Of a stretch of 64,000 nt of DNA, positions 58,870-64,000 are shown piece after piece (position 1 is the first letter of the stretch; the number at the start of each line of letters is the position of its first letter). Source of the DNA: Dehalococcoidia bacterium (GTDB taxonomy: Bacteria; Chloroflexota; Dehalococcoidia; UBA2979); the NCBI GenBank assembly GCA_964291495.2, contig OZ219871.1:1056001-1120000 (forward strand), read 5' to 3'. The position numbers and the translations under genes are program-made. The notes under the pieces were generated by a model that had not been told where the DNA came from, did not search any database, and was given only the letters and a program-made list of their open reading frames with translations.

Positions 58870-59274
58870 ATGAAGATCGTGATCATGGGCTGCGGCCGCG
58901 TCGGCTCGACCGTCGCCACGCGTCTCGACGCCGAGGGCCACGACGTGACGATCGTGGACCTCGAGACGCAGGCGTTCCGCCGCCTCCCGGACAGCTTCGG
59001 CGGCGAGCGCTTCGCGGGCTCGGGCGTGGACGACCGCGTGCTGATCGCCGCCGGCATCCGCGAGGCCGACGCCTTCATCGCACTGACGCAGGGCGACAAC
59101 CGCAACCTCTTCGCCTCGCAGCTGGCGAAGCACCTCTTCCGCGTCGAGACGGTGGTCACGAGGGTCTACGACCCCTTGCGCGCCGAGCTGTTCGCCGATC
59201 TCGGGCTGCGCACGTTCAGCCCCACGAGGATCAGCGGCGACCTCGCCTACGACTCGCTGTTCGAGGGCCGCTAG
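58870..59274 (+). CDS. trkA: TrkA-N (RCK_N only) potassium-uptake regulator
   Basis: MKIVIMGCGRVG, AGIREAD, GDNRN, RVYDP. Confidence 0.85.
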   Translation: MKIVIMGCGRVGSTVATRLDAEGHDVTIVDLETQAFRRLPDSFGGERFAGSGVDDRVLIAAGIREADAFIALTQGDNRNLFASQLAKHLFRVETVVTRVYDPLRAELFADLGLRTFSPTRISGDLAYDSLFEGR

Positions 59275-59276
59275 CC

Positions 59277-59975
59277 GTGTACATCATCATCGTCGGCGCC
59301 GGGAACGTCGGCTACGGACTCGCGCTCGAGCTCTACGGCAACACGGACTACGAGGTGCTGCTGGTCGAGCGCCAGCGCCAGCGCGCGCTGCTGCTGCGCG
59401 AGGAGCTCGGCGAACTCGTCGTCGAGGGCGACGGCACGGAGGTCACCTTCCTGGAGCGCATCGGGGCGCGGCGGGCGGATCTGGTGATCGCGGTCACCGG
59501 CGACGACGCGCACAACCTCATCGCCTGCCAGGTGGCGCGGCACTACTTCGGAATCGGCCGCACGATCGCGCGCGTCAACAACCCCCGTAACGAGCGCCTC
59601 TTCCAGCTGCTCGGCATCGAGGCGACCGTCTCCGCGGCCGCCGCCGTCCTCGCCCAGATCGAGGTCGACCTGCCGGAGCAGGCCCTCATCCCGCTGGTCA
59701 AGCTGCGCGCGAGCGGCCTCGAGGTGGTCGACCTGCACGTGCAGGAGGACGCCTCGGCGGCGGGCGTGCCGCTGCGCGATCTCGAGCTTCCGGAGCGCAC
59801 CACAATCTCGCTCGTGATCAGCGGCGAGGGCGCCAACGTGCCGGACGGCGACACCGTGCTGCGGCCCGGCGACGAGATCATCGCGATCATCGACCAGCAG
59901 GCGGAGCCGCAGATGCGGGCGCTGGTGAGCGCGCCGCTGCCGCCCGGCGCAGAGCCGAGGGAGCCGGCGCCGTGA
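59277..59975 (+). CDS. trkA: TrkA (RCK_N + RCK_C) potassium-uptake regulator
   Basis: IIVGAGNVG, AVTGDD.HNL, ARVNNPRN, PDGDTVLRPGD. Confidence 0.87.
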   Translation: MYIIIVGAGNVGYGLALELYGNTDYEVLLVERQRQRALLLREELGELVVEGDGTEVTFLERIGARRADLVIAVTGDDAHNLIACQVARHYFGIGRTIARVNNPRNERLFQLLGIEATVSAAAAVLAQIEVDLPEQALIPLVKLRASGLEVVDLHVQEDASAAGVPLRDLELPERTTISLVISGEGANVPDGDTVLRPGDEIIAIIDQQAEPQMRALVSAPLPPGAEPREPAP

Positions 59976-60805
59976 GCCGCATCGCGCACCTCGGCCCGCG
60001 CGGCACCTACACCGAGGCCGCCGCGCTCGCCTGGGATCCCGACGCCGAGCTGCTGCCGCTGCCCAGCGTCGCGGCCGCCGCGGCGGCGGTGGAGCGCGGT
60101 GAGGCGGACGCCGCCGTGTGCGCCATCGAGAACTCGATCGAGGGCAGCGTGCGGGAGACCGTCGACCTGCTGCTGCAGGAGGACACAACGCTCCAGATGC
60201 GCGGCGAGATCGTGATCGGCATCCGCCACGCCCTCGTCGGCGCCCCCGGGGTCGACCCCGCCGAGGCGTCCGTCGTCTACTCGCACCCGCAGGCGCTCGC
60301 GCAGTGCCGGGGGCGGCTCGCCGCGCTGGCCCCGAATGCCCAGCCCATGGCGGCGCTGTCCACCGCGGGCGCGATCGAGTCCGCGGTCAACGAACCCGGC
60401 ACGCTCGCCGTGGGCAATACGCTCGCCGCCGCGATCTACGGCGCGACCGTCTATGCCGAGGACATCGCCGACGCGCCCGGCAACGAGACACGCTTTGCGA
60501 TCCTCGCGCCGGAGGACCACCCACCCAGCGGCGACGACAAGACCTCGATCGCCTTCACCACCCATCACGACCGCCCCGGCACGCTCGTCGGCGTGATGCA
60601 GGAGTTCGGGACGCGCGGGCTCAACCTCACGCACATCGAGTCCCGCCCCACGCGGCAGGCCCTCGGCACCTACGTCTTCCTGCTGGACCTGCAGGGCCAC
60701 CGCCTCGACGGGCTGGTGCAGGACGCCCTCGCCAGCGTCGAGGAGCTGACGATGTGGCTGCGCGTGCTCGGCTCCTACCCGCGCTGGACCGCGGGCGCCA
60801 CCTGA
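59972..60805 (+). CDS. pheA: prephenate dehydratase
   Basis: LGPRGTYTE, IENSIEG, SHPQALAQC, NETRF, IESRP, LGSYP. Confidence 0.95.
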   Translation: MSRIAHLGPRGTYTEAAALAWDPDAELLPLPSVAAAAAAVERGEADAAVCAIENSIEGSVRETVDLLLQEDTTLQMRGEIVIGIRHALVGAPGVDPAEASVVYSHPQALAQCRGRLAALAPNAQPMAALSTAGAIESAVNEPGTLAVGNTLAAAIYGATVYAEDIADAPGNETRFAILAPEDHPPSGDDKTSIAFTTHHDRPGTLVGVMQEFGTRGLNLTHIESRPTRQALGTYVFLLDLQGHRLDGLVQDALASVEELTMWLRVLGSYPRWTAGAT

Positions 60806-60861
60806 GGCGGCCGGCAGGGCCTCCCGGGGCGAACACGACGGGGGCAACGCAGGAGGGCGCC

Positions 60862-61674
60862 ATGCAGCTTGAGGACAAGGTCGCGATCGTGACCGGGGCC
60901 GGGCGCGGGATGGGCAGGGCCATCGCCCTGCACCTCGCCCGCGAGGGCGCGCACGTCGCCGCCGCCGACATCGACGGCTCCACCGCCGAGGAGACCAGCA
61001 GCGCCGTGCAGGAGCTGGGACGACACAGCCTCGCCATCGAGGCCGACGTGGGGGAGCTGGCCGACATCGACCGCATGGTGCAGCAGACCGTGGAGACCCT
61101 CGGCAGGATCGATATCGGCGTCAACAACGCCGGCGTGACCCGGCGTGGGGTCAACGCTCCCGGTGTGACCCGCCGCCTGATCGTCACCGACGTGACCGAG
61201 GAGGACTGGGACCTCTTCAACCGGGTCAACGCGAAAGGCGTCTTCTTCTGCATGCAGCGCATGGCCCGGGAGATGATCCGGCAAGGCGGCGGGGCACGGA
61301 TCATCAACGTCGCCTCGATCGCCGGGAAGGGCTACACGGGCACCTCGAACGCCGCCTATGCGGCAACCAAGGGCGCGGTGATCGCGATGACCCAGATCGC
61401 CGCGCACCAGCTGGCGCAGTTCGATATCAACGTCAACTCGATCTGCCCGGGCGCGACCCGCACGGGCCTCGGCGGCACCAGCTGGGAGGAGCGGGCGGAG
61501 GAGCAGGGCCTCTCCCTGCAGGAGTACGAGCAGCAGCGAGCGGCCGGCATCCCGATCGGGCGCTTCAACGAGCCGGAGGACATCGCCGAGCTGGCCGTGT
61601 TTCTCGCGGGGCCGGGTTCGCGCAACATCACGGGCCAGGCGTACAACGTCGACGGCGGCCTGGTGATGCACTGA
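60862..61674 (+). CDS. SDR oxidoreductase
   Basis: TGAGRGMG, NNAG, YAATKG, NVDGG. Confidence 0.92.
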   Translation: MQLEDKVAIVTGAGRGMGRAIALHLAREGAHVAAADIDGSTAEETSSAVQELGRHSLAIEADVGELADIDRMVQQTVETLGRIDIGVNNAGVTRRGVNAPGVTRRLIVTDVTEEDWDLFNRVNAKGVFFCMQRMAREMIRQGGGARIINVASIAGKGYTGTSNAAYAATKGAVIAMTQIAAHQLAQFDINVNSICPGATRTGLGGTSWEERAEEQGLSLQEYEQQRAAGIPIGRFNEPEDIAELAVFLAGPGSRNITGQAYNVDGGLVMH

Positions 61675-61680
61675 TCAGAG

Positions 61681-62544
61681 ATGCCTGAGATACCCGACCT
61701 CGAGGTGATCCGCGGCTTCCTGACGCCGGCGCTGCGCGACAATCCCGTGCGCGGCGTCGAGGCGCGCCTGCCCTGGCTCGTGCGCACCGGCGCGCAGGAG
61801 CTGGAGACGCTGGAGGGCCACGCCTTCGGCGAGGTGCTGCGCCACGGCAAGTTCCTGCTCTTCCCCTCGGACGACGGCCGCGTGCTGGTGGTCAACCCGA
61901 TGCTCACCGGCCGCTTCCACTGGGCCGAGGCCTCCGAGGCGCGCCGCCCCGCGCCGGCGCTGACGCTCGCCTTCGAGGACGGCCACGAACTGCGCTACGC
62001 CGACGAGCGCCGCATGGGCCGCCTCTACCTCGTGCATACGGACGACCTCGGCAGCGTGCCGCAGTTCGCCGAGCTCGGCCCGGACGCGCTGGCGATCGAC
62101 GAGGACGAGTTCGCCGAGCGGCTGCGCAAGCGCCGCGGTCAACTCAAGAACACGCTCACCAACCAGGCCTTCATCGCCGGCATCGGCAACGCCTACGCCG
62201 ACGAGATCCTCTGGGAGGCGGGCCTGCACCCGCACCGCCGCGGCGCGACACTGGGCGACGCTGACCGCCGCGCGCTGTACCGTGCGATGCACGCCGTCTT
62301 CGATCGGGCACGCCCGATCCTCGAGGAACACGTCCGGGACGGCCTGAAACAACGCAAGGAGGAGTGGCGCGAGCATCTCCGCGTTCACCGCCGCGCGGGC
62401 GAGGACTGCCCCCGCTGCGGACGCGAGGTGCGAGGTCGCACATCAGGCAGCCGCGAGACGAACTTCTGCCTCGGCTGCCAGCCGCTCGACCTCGGACAGC
62501 GGGGCGCCGTCCCCGCAGCCGCCGGCGGGGCGGCGGAGGCCTGA
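61681..62544 (+). CDS. mutM: Fpg/Nei family DNA glycosylase
   Basis: N-terminal MPEIPD, HGKFL, AGIGNAYADE, C-terminal CPRCG..FCLGCQ zinc finger. Confidence 0.88.
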   Translation: MPEIPDLEVIRGFLTPALRDNPVRGVEARLPWLVRTGAQELETLEGHAFGEVLRHGKFLLFPSDDGRVLVVNPMLTGRFHWAEASEARRPAPALTLAFEDGHELRYADERRMGRLYLVHTDDLGSVPQFAELGPDALAIDEDEFAERLRKRRGQLKNTLTNQAFIAGIGNAYADEILWEAGLHPHRRGATLGDADRRALYRAMHAVFDRARPILEEHVRDGLKQRKEEWREHLRVHRRAGEDCPRCGREVRGRTSGSRETNFCLGCQPLDLGQRGAVPAAAGGAAEA

Positions 62545-62574
62545 GCGGAAGACACGGAAGAGGGAGGAAGCCAC

Positions 62575-63294
62575 GTGAAAGTCATCGGCCGTGACATCGG
62601 CGACGTCCTCGACGGGCTCTACGAGGAGATCAGCAACCGCGTGAGCGAGGAAGCCGCGCGCGAGTTGCAGGTCGACAAGTTCGACGGCGACGCGTTCTCG
62701 CGCGTGCGCTGGAGCGCCGAGACCCCGTCCGTGCTGATCTTCGTGCACGAGCAGCTGCCGACGCACGCGATCCCGCACGTCCTCGGCGTCGCGCTGCAGC
62801 ACATCCGGCAGCGCCTCGACCGCTACCCCGACGTCCGCACCCCGAGCGGGCGGCAGGCCGCCGCAGGCGCGGGCCCGCTACGCACGATGCTGCGCGAGCT
62901 GGTGATGGCGCCGGAGGCCGAGTCGCACCTCGCCGACCTCGGCCTCGACAGCGAGTGGGAGACGGAGCAGCGCCACGAGGCGATGAAGCAGATCCTGCGC
63001 GCGCCGCCTTCCGATTGGACGCGCGACGGCACGCTCGGCAACAAGTTCGCCGCGCTGCAGTACGCGCGCTTCGAGCTCGAGCACCCCTCGGCGATGTGGA
63101 AGAGCCTGCGCGAAGACATGGAGAACGCGCTGCCGATCGCAGCGGAGCGCGGCAAGCGCGCCGTCGCCACCGTGCAGGAGCACGGCTGGGACTCGCCCGA
63201 CGCCTGCTTGCAGTCGCTGCTCGGCGTGCGCGACAGCATGGGCATGGAGTACATCGCCTGGATCGAGGACCGGCGCAACGGCGAGATCATCTGA
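62575..63294 (+). CDS. hypothetical protein
   Basis: GGGAGG RBS and GTG, globular composition, host-like codon usage. Confidence 0.72.
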   Translation: MKVIGRDIGDVLDGLYEEISNRVSEEAARELQVDKFDGDAFSRVRWSAETPSVLIFVHEQLPTHAIPHVLGVALQHIRQRLDRYPDVRTPSGRQAAAGAGPLRTMLRELVMAPEAESHLADLGLDSEWETEQRHEAMKQILRAPPSDWTRDGTLGNKFAALQYARFELEHPSAMWKSLREDMENALPIAAERGKRAVATVQEHGWDSPDACLQSLLGVRDSMGMEYIAWIEDRRNGEII

Positions 63295-63323
63295 CACCTG
63301 GCGCAGCGCCCGGAGCGCCCTCG

Positions 63324-64000
63324 ATGCCGCCGCCCGCTGACCCGCCCGACCCGCCGCTGCGGGGCAAGGTCGCCGTCGTCACCGGCGGCGGACGCGGCAT
63401 CGGGCGCGCCGTCGCCTCCCGCCTCGCGCGCGAGGGCGCGGCCGTCGTCATCGCCGACTACGGCGGCAGTGTCGACACGAGCGCCGACCCGCAGGCCGCC
63501 GTCGCCGAGGCGGCCGCCGAGGCGATTCGCGCCGAGGGCGGCCAGGCCTCGGCCTGCTTCGCCGACATCTCGACGATGGAGGGCGGCCGCCGCGCCGTGC
63601 AGCAGGCGCTCGACGACTTCGGTCGCCTCGACGCGATGGTCTGCTGCGCGGGCATCATCCCGCAGGGCACGGTGCTGACCGCCTCCGAGGAGGACTGGGA
63701 CCGCACGATCGCCACGCACCTCAAGGGCCACTTCTCCTGCGCGCAGGCGGCGGCGCGGGTGATGGTCGAGCAGGGCGGCGGGCGGATCGTCTTCTTCGCC
63801 TCGCGCGCCTCGTTCGGCAGCGCCAGCGGGACCATCGCCTACAGCGCCGCGAAGGCCGGCATCCTCGGCCTCACCTTCACCGCCGCGACCGAGCTGATCG
63901 CGCACGGCGTCACGACAAACTGCATCGTGCCGCGCGCCTCCACGCGGATGATCGACTACATCGCGGAGACGACCGGGCGCAGCGAGGGCCGCCCCGCCTC
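63324..64000 (+). CDS. SDR oxidoreductase (3'-truncated by window edge)
   Basis: ATG 63324; GKVAVVTGGGRGIG, HLKGHF, YSAAKAG. Confidence 0.88.
   Translation, partial: MPPPADPPDPPLRGKVAVVTGGGRGIGRAVASRLAREGAAVVIADYGGSVDTSADPQAAVAEAAAEAIRAEGGQASACFADISTMEGGRRAVQQALDDFGRLDAMVCCAGIIPQGTVLTASEEDWDRTIATHLKGHFSCAQAAARVMVEQGGGRIVFFASRASFGSASGTIAYSAAKAGILGLTFTAATELIAHGVTTNCIVPRASTRMIDYIAETTGRSEGRPA

Overview
A very GC-rich (roughly 70% or more by eye), gene-dense bacterial chromosome segment. It most likely comes from Chloroflexota (Dehalococcoidia/SAR202-Tepidiforma-like). This is an inference from the 11-subunit nuoABCDHIJKLMN operon without nuoEFG, a stand-alone rpoBC with large lineage-type inserts, a eukaryote-like IleRS C-terminus and GAAC-N4-GTTC LexA boxes. 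Most content is housekeeping: ileS (3' end), proB/proA, split transketolase, glycerate kinase, rpoBC, an ABC exporter, a GlnR-like regulator with two glutamine synthetases, nuo, fhs, valS, aspartate kinase/thrB, a thiolase, tmk, pdxST, USP-trkA-trkA-pheA, mutM and several SDRs and hydrolases. I saw no rRNA, tRNA, CRISPR array, prophage or transposase. The most interesting signals are small or non-coding: (1) an apparent leaderless 11-codon Val leader peptide with an antiterminator and terminator upstream of valS, i.e. ribosome-mediated attenuation instead of a T-box; (2) a promoter with two LexA boxes driving a stand-alone NrdJ-type zinc-ribbon mini-protein; (3) an actinobacterial-style GlnR next to a 4 x 11-bp GlnR-box array in front of glnA; (4) a dispersed hairpin/MITE family, one copy of which lies in-frame inside valS; (5) an archaeal adenylate-kinase/nucleoside-deoxyribosyltransferase fusion coupled to ileS; (6) a frameshift-split aspartate kinase. 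All family calls are by motif recognition; no database search was run.
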